A stretch of 63,580 nt of DNA, filler included, from Reticulomyxa filosa (taxonomy: Eukaryota; Protista; Foraminifera): NCBI GenBank assembly GCA_000512085.1. It is 16 parts of 16 records of this genome, joined end to end, with 100 filler letters (N's around TTAATTAATTAA, not from the genome) between each part and the next. Parts side by side here need not be neighbours in the genome. Positions count along the whole stretch, not along the records: positions 1 to 8,774 come from ASPP01014094.1; positions 8,875 to 10,133 come from ASPP01035796.1; positions 10,234 to 14,471 come from ASPP01019850.1; 13 more parts are not named here. One strand, 5' to 3'. A program made the translations under genes and the position numbers. Below are positions 1-12,837 of this stretch, in pieces; position 1 is the first letter of the stretch; each line of letters begins with the position of its first letter. The notes under the pieces are model-generated. The model made no database searches. It saw only the letters and a list, made by a program, of their open reading frames with translations, and was not told the origin of the DNA.

Positions 1-239
1 AATATAAATATTTTTGAAAAAAGGGGGGCTTTCTACAAAAACCGTAGCACGTGCTCTCAAAAAAAGTAGTCTTTCCTTTTTTCGACAGACATTTTTCAAA
101 GTAATTCCACTGGCTGTTAAATAAAGTTTTAAAAATTTTGAGAATCTTGAACTTTGTTTTCTTCTCTAATTTCTTTCCTCGAGATTCAATCAAGGACAAG
201 AAGAGGGGGCCGTTTTTTTTTTGTTGAAAATCATCAGCA

Positions 240-1253
240 TGGAGACCGAGAACAACATGTCTGGCATATATCCCAATGATACTAACGTGCCACATGTTGA
301 ATTACCGGTCACAAAAGAAGGAGAACAAGCCCCCTTAAATCCGTTGGAGCTGGCGTCAACAGCAGGGGAGCAACCGAAAGCAAATGAGGTTGTGACAGAG
401 GAAGCAAATGGTACTGCGATGCAAGAGGACGCCGAAGAAGGAGACGTCGAAGTTCTGGAAGATGATGACGAGGAATATGTCCAAAGTGAAAGTGGTAGTG
501 ATGATGTTAATAGTGAGGCATTTATTCCACCTGGTGTGAATTGAGCTCAATGCACAATTATTTTTGAACTTTTTTTTTTCCCCTTTTTTTTTTTTGTTTT
601 TTTTTTTTAAAAAAAAAAAAAAACTCAGATCCATTCATCCTGGTGCAAACAACCAAAAACATGTGAAATATAAAATTATGAAATAAAATAAAGGGAGTTA
701 TGACTTGACACATCCAGCTTTGCGTTACTTGGTGGACTTGGACGACGTGTCGGACACGGACTTGGGATATCCCGTGGTCGATTTTGAGAGACAATTTTGG
801 CGCAGTGAATTTGAAGAGTACCGACGAGAACTGTTGGAAAACGCCCTTTCGGAAGGGGAAGAGGAAGAAGAAGAGGATGAAGAAAGAAACAAAGACAAAG
901 ATAAAGATAAAGATAAAGAGGAGGAAAAAAAAGAAAAAGTCGGGGAAGAGGGGAAAGAAGAACGCGAAGAAGCGGAGCCTTCAGTGATTGTAGACATGAA
1001 TGCCTTTATGGATCGTATAATGTCGAAATATGGCCGCGAAAAGGCCAGTCGCTTGCGGAGACGCCATAAGCAAATACTTGTCGGGAATGACGTGGACAAG
1101 GAGGGAACCAATCACAACGAGGACGTGCACGAAGATGCAATGGCCGATAAAGTGCAAGCCAATAAAGACGACACAAGCCAAGTGACTGGACAAATCGACG
1201 GTGCGGATAATGTCAATACTAACAATAACAATAACAATAACAATAACAATAAC

Positions 1254-1330
<77 letters not shown>

Positions 1331-3819
1331 CAATAATAACCGACCACTTGATATAATTGATGAGCTGTTTGGCGAGCATGAACCCAATGAACCGCCATTG
1401 AACGAATATGACTTCAAGGACCCGTTTATAGACGACAGTGATGTCAAAGACAACGCCGACGAGGCCAATGTAGCCCTTGCTGTCTCCAACGTCCAAACTA
1501 AAATTTTGGGGTTTTTCATTTCCAAGGGGACTGTTGAACTCGATGAAAAGTACTTTTTTAAAAAAAAAAAAAAAATATATATATATACATACATATATGT
1601 ATATAACAATTACAAAAAAAAACAAAAACAAAAAACATTGCACTATTAATATCAAATCAAAACAAACAAAAAAAAAGGAAGGAAGCCATCGAGAACGTTC
1701 CGGCCAAGTCCGTCTCAAACAACGCCGAGGTACACACTTATATAAATATATACATAGATACATATATATTGCATATATATGTGTATATATATATGTTTAT
1801 ATTTAATGAAATGGCCAGTAGAATAAGAGAGGATGGGAACATGGGCGGGGAGGACAAAAAACATCATACAGTACAGCTGCCATCAGACGTAATGAGCAAA
1901 TTGAATACAATTCGGTCGATAATCCAAAGCAGCCGCCTTGAAAAGGTGATGAAAGTAATCCGCACCAATCCCTATCAAAACACATTGATCAACATTGACC
2001 ACAGCTCATCTTCTATCCCACATAGCATTCCCTCGTCCAAGCTATACTTTGATGAGACGGAGCAAATCTACCTGTCGTCGAGTGACTTGGACTTGTACAA
2101 GCAGCTGCTCAACGCATTGGTCGAGTTCGATACCTTGTGTTTGGATCAAAAAAGTACCATTCGAAAGCAAGCCCATTGTGCGTTACAAGAATCTTTGCAA
2201 TTGCCAACTGGTATTGGCGTAAGCATCATTCGGGTTATATACATAAAAAAAAAAAAATAAATAAATATATATATATATATTTGTTATGTAAATGTTGATA
2301 TAACATTGTGAGAATAAACACCAAAACAGATGCAAAAGGGAATAGACCAATGGTTTGAATGGTTTTGCCACGATTACTTGGATGAAGACAACGAAGCGTA
2401 TCGAAACACCAAAGTCCAGTGGCGCAAGAAATACGTCAACTCGCAAATCGATCGCACAAAAGGCCGCTTTGTTAAAAAAATCAAAATTGAGGCCAAAAAG
2501 CTCAAGCAAGATTCGTCCGATGCAGTCCACTCGTTTCAAGACCTGCCCATTGACTGGTCCAAACTAGGGCCGGACCTTGTCAACTTTGTCGATATGGAAA
2601 CAGAAGATCTGCTCCTCGAAAGGTAAAATAATATAGACACTATTTTGTTTTTTGCAAATTAAAGGTTTTTGTATTGATAATAATAATAATATAAGTAATG
2701 TTATTTGTTATTATTATGTGTACGTATACACAATGCATGCACATACATCACATACAAAATGTGTATACATTTGAAATGAACGCAAACAGAGCCGACAGAG
2801 ATGTAAATGGCGACGTTGCAAAGAAAAAAATTGCGACGATGATGGGTCCATTAATTCCGTGGAACATTGTCACTGCGGTGTATGACCATTACAGCACGCA
2901 CACGTTCACAATCGAAAAGAAGATTTTGAGACGATGGAAAGAGCTGCAGATGCAAGCCAAGTCGAAAGACAGTGCAGCTCAAACAAAACTGGATCGAATA
3001 CCGTTACATTTCCATGGTTCGGATATCAATGCCGACTCCTCGAAAGCAAACAAAAAGCAAAAAAACAAAGATAAGGACAAAAACAAAGAGAAAGAAAAGG
3101 AAAGAGAAAAAGATGGAGCCATTTCTGTTCCAAAGGCCAAGGATTCGTCCAAATCCAAAACAGCGAGTATGTCCAATCAAGCCAGTCAATCTACAGACCT
3201 GCCAAGCACGCAAGCCGTGATTGAGACAATGAGCAAAGCAAAAGAAAATACTTCTTCAGGCATGATCGATCTCACATTGCCATTGTTGCACCCTCCAGAG
3301 CCAAATGCACAACAAGACAAAAGAGGAGAGAAGCGATCTTTCAGTACAATGAATTCTGAAGCTTTGTCAACACAAACTATCTCTGTTGGTGATACTCTTA
3401 CACAAATGTCCCAAGATACGTCGCACATGGTCTTCAATCCTCTTATCAGTCCCCTTGTTGGTGTCCATGTCGCGAAAAAACAAAAAATCGACCATCCTAA
3501 CGGAAACACTGTGCATAGTCATGATCCCAATATCAATACCAATACCAATACCAGTACCAATACCAGTACCAATATCAATGCCAATGCCAATATCAATACC
3601 AGTACCAATGCCAATGCCAATGCCAATGCCAATGTTAATATCAATCCAAATCCTCATTCTTTGTTGGCTACTCAAAGTGCATCCTCATCTCTGGAAACAT
3701 GGGTGCGCTCGTTCAAAGAGTTCCATCATTCAGAACGAGTTCCGCTTTGGTCCAATCGCTTTGTGGAACCCATTCCATGGTTCTCCATGAATGTCAAACC
3801 TACCACACCAAAACGCTAG
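240..3819 (+). CDS. Ubinuclein/HPC2-like histone H3.3 chaperone subunit (multi-exon)
   Basis: HRD/HUN-like motif 'NEYDFKDPFIDDSD...ILGFFISKGTVE', preceded by 'AFMDRIMSKYG'. Acidic N-terminus and a poly-Asn tract. ORFs 221-544, 705-1649, 1769-2260, 2330-2626 and 2698-3819 can be joined through GT-AG introns. Some internal junctions are approximate. Confidence 0.7.
1218..1340 (+). repeat. (AAT/AAC)n microsatellite encoding poly-Asn
   Basis: About 40 consecutive AAT/AAC codons, in frame within ORF 705-1649. Confidence 0.95.
3528..3652 (+). repeat. Hexamer repeat (AATACC/AATGCC) encoding NT/NA dipeptides
   Basis: Visible tandem hexamers; translation NINTNTNTSTNTS...NANANANAN. Confidence 0.85.
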
Positions 3820-4320
3820 CGATACCAAATGTATCTGGCTTTGCTACTGTTTGATCAAACTGCAAAAAAAAAAAAAAATAGATAAATGCATTGTTCGGTT
3901 GTAGCCGATTTCTTTTCTATCTTAAAAAAAAAAAAAAAAAATGTTTTTTTTTGCTATGCTGTTTTACCACAAAACATTGGAACTCTCCACGGCTTGTTTT
4001 TGTTTTTTATATCATTATTTCCATTCACACTTATTTTAACAACTGACAACAATTAGTTCATACTCATTAATCATGTGTTAATTAAGTTATCTTCTTTGAC
4101 AAACCAAGAAATACCGCACAAGGTGAATTTTTTTGGTGTTTAGATATTTGCCATTATATGTTCGGAAGATGGTAATAATACTAAACTTCTACCGTTCATA
4201 TGTTATGTGGTCTTTATTAGTTTGTTTACTAAAAAAAAAGCAAAGAAATTTAGTTTTCTAGTCGTGTGGGTCCAGTTTTTTTTAGCGAGGAAAAAAATCT
4301 CAAATTCTACTGAAAGTATC

Positions 4321-6644
4321 ATGGATAATGCACCAGCCCCATCTGTTTATATTAAAACAAGTCCAAGAGATTCCGAAGTAGAAAAGGCACAAAATATAAA
4401 TAGCGCAACGCCATTTGTAACATTACCGTCCTTACCAGTCCCAATTTCTCGTGGCCAGTGTGTGGTTTATGATCAGGAAGTTCTCATTTGTGGGGGTTTA
4501 TATACAAGAGATTGCTATTCCTATCACGTACTCGAAAAAAAGTATAAAAAAATTTGCAGTTATCCAAAGGATGTTAAATTACGTGGACATAGTGTGGTAA
4601 AGCGCGTGAACAGCAATACAAATGACACGATGTTGCTCTCTTTTGGTGGATATAAAAATGAGAAAAAGCATACATTGACGATGAAATATGTAAGTGTCTG
4701 GAATGGTGAAAAGCAAACAAGCAATTGTAATCAATGGCTTCCTTTGATGGATAAAAACGAAGACAAGCCTATTATCATTGGTGGAGATGAGGATGATTAT
4801 GATGGAATGCGTTCGGTAATTGGTGGAAGCAATAACCATTTATTGTTCATTACGTATCGACCAAAGAATATTGACGTGTTTAACTTGGACACGTTCCAAT
4901 ATGTCAACCGCGGTATCTTGCCAAGTGATAATTGGATATATTTCCATGGTTTTGTGTCAAAGACAAAAAGTGAGTTGACATCAACATCAACGGAGGCAAA
5001 TGAAAAAAAGAGTGAAATGATATTGTTCCAAAGGAAAACTGGATTGGCCATTGAGTATGACGAGGACAGCAAATCATTCGACTTTCGTAAATTGTCTGTT
5101 TTTGATGATATGGCACCGCTTAGCGAATATGCACATGTTTGTATCAACGACACGATTTTGTTTTTTGGTGGACATGGTGGTCCTAAGCTTGGCGTTTCAA
5201 AGGCAATACATAAGTATTCGCTAAAAGAAAATACATGGGTCAAATTTGAACATAATTTGTCTACCCCGTTGAGTGACTGTGTTTCAGTGTTGAGCGAAGA
5301 CAACACGTATGTGCACATTCTTGGCGGCTTTAATGATCATCGTGACGAAATGACAATACATGTGAAGACAAAGGCAACTGATTGGATGGATGAAAAGGAA
5401 AAAGAAAAAATGCAAATCTACAACAGAGAAAAAGAACTTGAAAAAGAAAAAAACAGAAAAAAACTTCAGGCGAGTCATTTTTTTTGCTGCTGTTTGTTTT
5501 TTTATTTATGTTGTTTATGATTATTATTTGAACAGAACATAGAACAAAATAAACAACTGTGCAACCAAGTCATGGTGTATTTTTTTTTCATATTTTTAAA
5601 ACATATACGCTATGATCTAAGCAAATTATATTATTTACTAAAAAAAAAAAAAAAAAGGTTAACGGCATATGTTACAATCAATGATAAAGAAATGCCTATC
5701 TTTTTGATACGTTGACTTCTGAAGAGCTGCTTCACCGAAGTTATCAATGTTTAGGATTAAAAGATTTGGAAAACATGCGAACAATGAATCTGAAATTGGA
5801 ATTGTTCAATACGGATAACCAAATTGTGCAAACCGATGGAGATGTCCTTAAAGCTTTCGAAAAACGACAATTAAAGTTCAAAGCCATTTGGAAAAATGAA
5901 GGCAAAAAAAAATTGGTTAAAAATGCATTGGTGGTAATGATTGCCATTAGCGAATACAATGAAACTACTCCATGGCCCAATTTAAAAAATGTAAAAGTAG
6001 AGACTTGAAAAATTTTCAAGAATTGTTTGAAAAAAGAAATGAAATTTACATTTGTGTATAATAAATCACCAAAAATGAATAAAGAAGACGTGGAAGAATT
6101 TTTGGATGGGCTGGCTTTCAATTACAAGCTCCGAAAAAATACAAATCAATATGATGGATTTATTGTTATTCTTTGTGGACACGGCGATGACGGTAATGTA
6201 TTGGTGACAAGTGAAGGAAGCTCAGTTTCAATTGATAAAATTCGTTCTTCTTTTAATTGTCATGAAATGGAATCATTACAAGATTGTCCCAAAATATTTA
6301 TTATTGATGCCTGTCGTGGTCGTAATAAGCCTATTTCTTATCCAGTTGTGTTCAGAGGTTTTGAAACTTCTACCAAAGCGTTCCAAATGCACGGACATAA
6401 CGACGATGGCTTTTTGACTATTTGGTCAACTACCAAAGGTCATGTCGTAAGTGACTCTTCATTATTGAGTGAACACATGAAAGGAGTTATTACTGAATTC
6501 CACAAGAAAAACTATACATTTAATCAAATGCTGCACCAAATTCGTGACCGAATTCGAAAAAGTAAGTCAGGTGAATGGTATTGTGTAGAAAGTCAAGATA
6601 CCACAAATTACGATATTATTTTTGCTGCAAATAGTAGCACGTAA
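4321..6644 (+). CDS. Kelch-repeat protein fused to a C-terminal caspase-like (peptidase C14) domain; frame broken at homopolymers
   Basis: Kelch blades with GG motifs (VLICGG, LLSFGG, SVIGGS, ILFFGG, VHILGG), a coiled coil, two short introns (~5470-5657), then a caspase fold 'NALVVMIAISEY...ILCGHG...PKIFIIDACRG' with His/Cys dyad. Three single-base indels (~5703, ~5995, ~6033) must be corrected to obtain one reading frame. Confidence 0.75.
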
Positions 6645-7181
6645 TACCAACGCTTATACGTTGTTTTTTTCAAATAGTTTATCTATCTTCAGGCAAGCAA
6701 ACGTTATCTCAAATAACTAAGTCGTTTGAAATCAAAATACCATTTTGAAGATATATTTTTTCAATGAAAAACAAACATTTAATACCAGTTTTTTTACAAC
6801 AATATTTCCAAAAGTAAACTTGTGAAAACTTACAAAACAGTGAACTTTCGTATTACACTTGTTCTTGACTAGTGTTTTTCCTAAATCATATATTGCCAAA
6901 TTATTGTGTATAATTTTTTTGTACATTTGCTTTTTTTTATGAGTTAAAGCATAAAATAAGATATTAAAATTCTTGCAGTATTGAAATTGCTTTATGAAAT
7001 ATTTCCCACATAAACTTCATTGGTAAGCAATATAAATTTCATTCGCAAAATGAAAACACATGTGTCATTATTTAAAAAGAAAAACGTTTATTGATTTTAT
7101 TGTTTAGTCGAGAAATAGTCAATCCAGAAGACGAAAGAGATAGCAACTGAATCCCAGACTCACACAACAGTACAAAAAAAT

Positions 7182-8774
7182 TCATGGAAGCTCTGAAAGA
7201 CTTCCCATGATATTTTCATTACCATCATTTCGAGAAATACTGTTTGGTTCTTCAGTTGCATCTGGGTTACTATTGTCGGCCTGGGCTGACGTCTTGGCCG
7301 GAATCTTTTTGAGTGTATGTGAATGGGTGTAGAGAGAAAGAAAAAAAATTGCCACAACAAAATATGAACAACAAGGAATACATTAAAAAAAAAAATAAAT
7401 AACAAAACGGCATTGTCTTGAGCTGAGATTTGTTGAGTCAAAGTTTCAAAATATTGCTCAGTATCCGAATCAACTTCAATGTTGTCAAGATCTAACCCAT
7501 GAGCATACTTTTCTAATTCATCCATAACATTATTTTTGGATGAGTATTCTGACTCTACCGGTTCGAATAATTCTGTCAGTTCTTCTTTGGAAGGCATTGA
7601 TTGAAGATCTATTGATCCACAGTGATTTTCACAATGCACTCGAAAACAGACAAAAAAAAAAAGAATTAACTCTGGTTTTCAGTGAGAACAGCGGAAGGAG
7701 TGGGCTTTGAAGTCGTTTTATTTGCGTTTTTAGTATGAGTTTTGGATTTGGAGCGTTGCTTGGTCGTTGGAAGCGATTGCGACTGATCATGTGTGGTTGC
7801 GACTGTGTCAGTTGCAAGTGCACTTGCAGTTGCTGTGGAAGTTTGGGATTTCTTACGTGTTTTGTCCTTTCCAGCATTTTGCTTTTTGAAAGGCAAAGCC
7901 CCAAACGCTGGAACAAGCGAACGCTTTTGCATTTCATCCCAAAACTGATCAAACGATTGTGACTGGGATTGTGGTTGCAGCGAGTCCGATTGCTTTTCGC
8001 TGCTCACGACCATATCTATAATAAAGTCAGGAGGAATTCTGTGAGAAAGATTATATTTGTTTATTCGCTTACTTTTTTGTTTGTTTGTTTGTAAAGAGAG
8101 CTAAATAACAATAAAGAGAAGGGAGGAAAAATATATATATATGTAAATGTATATTTATATATTGTATAAAAATAAGATTTACAATTTATTGTTCCAAGCC
8201 CCATCCAACTGTCCTTTGACAAAACGGACAATCCCGTCATCTTCCAAATATCCTGTGTGAAAGGCCTACGACCAGCAAATGCATTAGTATGTAATAGACA
8301 ACGTACAAACAAACAAAAAAATAAATAAATAAACAAATAAAGGTAGACAATGAATACGAAACGAATCTGCAAACAGAGATTTTCGTTTTGTTGTCGGAAC
8401 ACAAATGTGTCAATCGAATCACAATATCTCCTTCGACTTGCACTCCCAGTACAAATTTGATTGATCTCTCCGATTTCGGATAAAAATTGCAATGGTTTCT
8501 TTTTTTGCCGCGACGACCAAATGGACTTGCCATTTTTGCATATTTGGATGTATGGACGTATCCCTACATTTTTTTTACTCAACCGACGTTTGGTTTTGTT
8601 TTCATATACATATACACACATATACATGTATATATATGTATATATTGCGTTTTTGTTCCAATAACACATTTATTAAAATATAACACGAACAAAACTTGGT
8701 GTTGTAACGCCAGTCACAATTGTTGTCGACAGCGCGAGTTCCTCCGATGTGGTTTTTGTCTCATGTTCATTTGC
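7182..8774 (-). CDS. PTEN/tensin-type C2 domain protein, 3' part (5'-truncated by contig end)
   Basis: 'GIRPYIQICKNGKSIWSS...SIKFVLGVQVEGDIVIRLTH...ISVCRF...LHTNAF' fits the PTEN_C2 pattern. It is followed by Ser/Thr/Lys-rich and acidic exons and a TGA at 7182-7184. One indel is needed at the T7 run 8500-8506. Confidence 0.6.
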
Positions 8775-8874
8775 NNNNNNNNNNNNNNNNNNNNNNNNNN
8801 NNNNNNNNNNNNNNNNNNTTAATTAATTAANNNNNNNNNNNNNNNNNNNNNNNNNNNNNNNNNNNNNNNNNNNN
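8775..8874. other. Artificial contig spacer (N44-TTAATTAATTAA-N44), first of 15
   Basis: Identical 100-nt spacers with stops in all six frames also start at 10134, 14472, 15968, 18266, 21918, 24768, 28110, 39668, 43568, 44863, 50897, 54370, 56173 and 59222. Adjacency across them is not biological. Confidence 0.98.
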
Positions 8875-10233
8875 TACATACAAATGTACATCCTTCATTC
8901 CATTAACAGAATTATAATCGCGTGTTTGTTTTTTTACACACTCAGTTTTTTAGTTAAATTTTTGCCTTGTTCATTCGTGTTTGTTTTTTTTTATCTTGCT
9001 TCATGCAAGTCTCTGTTGTTTTATGGTCGTTGTCTAAAACAAGTAATTGAAAAAAATATAATTTTTTTCAAAATTAGTAATTGACCACAGTTTTTTAGAG
9101 TTGATTCCAAGTTTAAAACAAATTAATCAATGCAATATCAATGGATGCATTGCATTACATTATATGTGTTCTTTACGTGATATAAATAGTATTATTGCTT
9201 GACATTGAATAATTGTGATGAGATTGTTGAATTGATGAAATTGATATTATAATTAAAACAAAAACAGAAAAGACAACATTGTATATTTAAAAATCTTAAA
9301 TTGTCGCTGTTCAGAAATTGCTTGGTGCCAAACAAACAGATAATAATGAAACAACTGAGAAAAAAGAAACTGCCTACAAAGAAAGCGGGTAATAGCTTAA
9401 CAAAAAAAGGCAGCACTTTAGAAATGCAAACATACTTGGAGACGTCAACTATCAACAAAAATATCGAGTCAAAATCATTTAATAGGCTCTACAAAAATTT
9501 CTTTTTTAATCGGTTGGAGCAAGATTTTTATAAAACTAATCTAACTCATTTCAAATTGCATTTATTGATCAAAATAACTGTTCTTACTTTGCTTCCTGCC
9601 TTTCAAATGTAAAACAACTTTTTTATATTTGTTGTATTCTTTGAAAAAATTCAACGACAACAACAATATTTTAAGTTTTTAAATAATATTCCGATTCGAA
9701 ATAGGATTTATGACATCAATTATTACAAAAATAATCTTGTTCAATGCTATAAGAAAACATACTTAAAATATTTTGCAATTATTTCATATTTGGATACAAT
9801 TTTTATTTATTATGCTTTTAAATTCTTCAAAAAACATTGAATACAAATTTTTTAATTTTTTAAGCAAAGTAAGATAAAACACATCTTTCAATACTTGCAT
9901 TCAACAAATCAAACAAATTTAATATCACATTACTTTTCTTTTGATTAAACCCTTTAAACAAAAAACATTTTCATTTCTTATTCAACAAAAAAGTAAATTA
10001 TCCCCAAATACGAATGGGACCTTTATCTGAACCATAACACAAATTCAAATCATGTGCGCCATTCTTAGTCTTATCTTTCTTTTTCAATTCAATAAATTTA
10101 AGACAAAATATTCCACCATCTTCTTTATCATCTNNNNNNNNNNNNNNNNNNNNNNNNNNNNNNNNNNNNNNNNNNNNTTAATTAATTAANNNNNNNNNNN
10201 NNNNNNNNNNNNNNNNNNNNNNNNNNNNNNNNN

Positions 10234-11660
10234 CTTCACTTCTTCCGATAATAAAAGTCTAGTTGTGCTCTAACTTTGGCTGCTTGATGATCGGACAATA
10301 GAAACTCAATGAATCCATGGCATACATATGATGCTGGCGGTTCGCCCTTTATGCAATCCCCATGTTTATTTGTATGCAATATTGTATAGTTAATTTTTTT
10401 TTCTTTTTTTTGCGGACTGTTCCCGACGACGATTTATGAACATCACAGTCAAAGAGTTCAAACATTTGGCGGACATACCGGATGAACACGGGCAGAAAGA
10501 ACAATTCCTGGGCGTAATAATTGACAATCTTCGTCGTCAACTGTATTGAAATATAAATTAGCTTTTTTTCTTTTCTTTTTTTTTTTTAGGCCCTTCACAA
10601 AACTGTGTTCTTCAATTCGCAGACAATCTACCCTTCTTTGCTGTATACTTCGACACAACAGCTCTTTCTTCACAAAAGAGAGATTGAGTGACTCTATTTC
10701 ATGCAAAAATTTCTGTAGGTAGGTATACCTAAGCAAATATCAAAACAGGTATCTTAGACATTAATGGCCATAGAACCAAAATTAACCATAGTTACAATAT
10801 ATGAAAAATGTGTCTTTTTTCTCCTTAACGTGTACGGATATGCATATGCAAAAAAATATTCCTCGTTATCAGCCTCAATAACAAAAGAAAAATTGAAGCA
10901 ATATTTTTTGTGTCGATCACATCGGAACGACAAGACACAGTATGGAGGCAGTCTGACCCATACTGGTTTTGCTTTCGATCTCACAACTGGAGCAAATCCA
11001 TCATTAAATAGACCATTTTGCTTGGAATAGGTGGAGACATGAAACGTTATTTTCTGTCCCTTAAGTCCACCACGAGCCCGAAAATAATACCAAACCCTTT
11101 TTTTTAGAAACCAAACTAACACTTTTTTGCTTTCGTTTAGTTTTGTTCAAATAATTTATTTTTGTGATGAAAATTGCAATAAATGCTCAAAAAAAATGAC
11201 AGATAGGAAATATCCTTTAAAGAAAAGAAGCTGTACACAAATAGACAAACTTGTGCTTTTGATTGTTTGTGTCACTACGAATCGTTAAATCAAATTCACC
11301 AAGACCATAATAACTCACTTCCCCGTTTCCACTCTCAAATTGACAGTCGAACGTCAACAAAGAATAGTGGGAATCATTATTGTCGGAGGAATAATTGTTG
11401 TTGGATGTGTTTGGTTCCATTTGCTCTTCACAAGGTAATTGCACTGTGAACTTTTCCAAGTCCGTATTGATAGAATGATCAGCGCATAGTAGATTCCTGT
11501 ATTTGTCTGTAATTGATTGTGGTCTTAAGTCTAAATCGGGCAACAGTATGTTATTTTTTGATACTGTTGCGGTCATTTGCTCTAATATGTGGCCACTCCA
11601 CTCTTCTAGTTTTTGAGTATTGTCATATTGTTTTCAATTATGAGTCTGCATGACCCAACT
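10234..11660 (-). CDS. Cytosolic carboxypeptidase (M14D, CCP6/AGBL4-like tubulin deglutamylase), partial
   Basis: FDCQFESGN (FESGNL motif), WYYFR, 'GFAPVVRSKAKPVWVRLPP', FAYAYPYT|Y and the Zn-ligand motif SARVHP|GEPPASY split by an intron. Truncated at the spacer; the N-terminus probably extends further upstream. Confidence 0.85.
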
Positions 11661-12837
11661 TCCAAGAAGAAGCGTAAAGTAACAATATTTTTTTACTCAT
11701 TTTTGTTTTTTTAAACAAACAAAATATAAGTAGTTTTTCATTTGAGATTAGATAGTGTATTATCATCATTTGGCTGGGAAGTTAAAGTTTTCTTGAAGAC
11801 ACAGACAAATCCTTACTTTTGGTTTTGTGTTAATTGTCTATTCTCTTGAATTTTGTGATGCAAATGATTCACTATTTTTGCAATTGCTTCACAGACTTCC
11901 TTATTTATGTTTCTCTTATAACGAACGTTTTTTTATATAAAGTCTGCAATTGTTCTAAAAAAAAAAAATTATGCACATATTTTAGTTTGCTATTCCATTC
12001 TTTATTGTTACTCAATCCAAATTATCTACAATCGATTGATTTTAAAAAATTAACTATTGAAAACTCTAGATAAGCTTTTTGTTGTGAGCTGTTGCCTTAT
12101 CATTTTTTTTGTAAAATAAAAAATTCTCCACACTTGCTAACATATGCCATATAGCATAGCACAATTTTTGCTTAACTCAATTTCTTAGCAACAACAAATA
12201 CACAACAATACCCTGATGAGTAATTAGATATATTTTCTAAAAAAGTCCAACGCTATATCTTCTGAGTGCCCTTCTAATTTTTGCATTTCTGCATTTACTG
12301 TTACATCGCACAATTACATTGAATTAACAAGAGCTTGTCCAATTTTGCAAATGTTTTTATTGCGTGTTGATTTGTATTCCAACCCGTTTTTCTGTACTTA
12401 TCAAAGTTAAATTTAGTTGAATATTTAATTTGGCCGATGGTATTTTTTTGTGAACCAAGAAATACCAATTAGCACAAATTAACTCCTCGCTCATATGAGA
12501 ATCTGTCACTTGGCAAAAAAAAAAGCACAAGAAAACGAACCTAGTTTCAAATGAAACACGATACATCTAGGAAAAAGTGAAACAAGAAATAAAAAAAAAA
12601 TGAAAAAAGATACAATTTGATTGAAAGTGATATGAGTGAGTATCAGGAGAGGGAAGAAAAGAGGAGAACCAATGTAAAAAGAAAAAAATAAAAAAAGATT
12701 GAGTTTTTCAAAGAAGGTTTCAGTCCCTTTGGGCAATGTTACAAAAAAGTTAATTGTTGCACAATTAACGATTCTCTTTTTTTTCTCTCTCTCTCTCTGA
12801 TATATTTATTTATTTATTTTTCCGCCCCTCCCCCCCT

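Noticed and set aside
981-1763. Antisense ORFs with poly-Ile/poly-Leu
   Set aside because: Shadow translations of the (AAT)n poly-Asn microsatellite.
5470-5536. Possible GC-AG intron (cag|gcgagt) in the Kelch-caspase gene
   Set aside because: An alternative GT donor 4 nt downstream with a later AG also keeps the frame, so it cannot be decided without transcripts.
5990-6040. Alternative genetic code or TGA readthrough at 6006-6008
   Set aside because: Two compensating homopolymer indels give a better reading (RDLKNFQELFEKEM), and conserved genes here end normally in TAA or TGA.
8775-8874. Regularly recurring TTAATTAATTAA motif within N-runs
   Set aside because: Synthetic six-frame-stop linker used to concatenate contigs. 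It is not a biological repeat, and gene neighbourhoods across it are meaningless.
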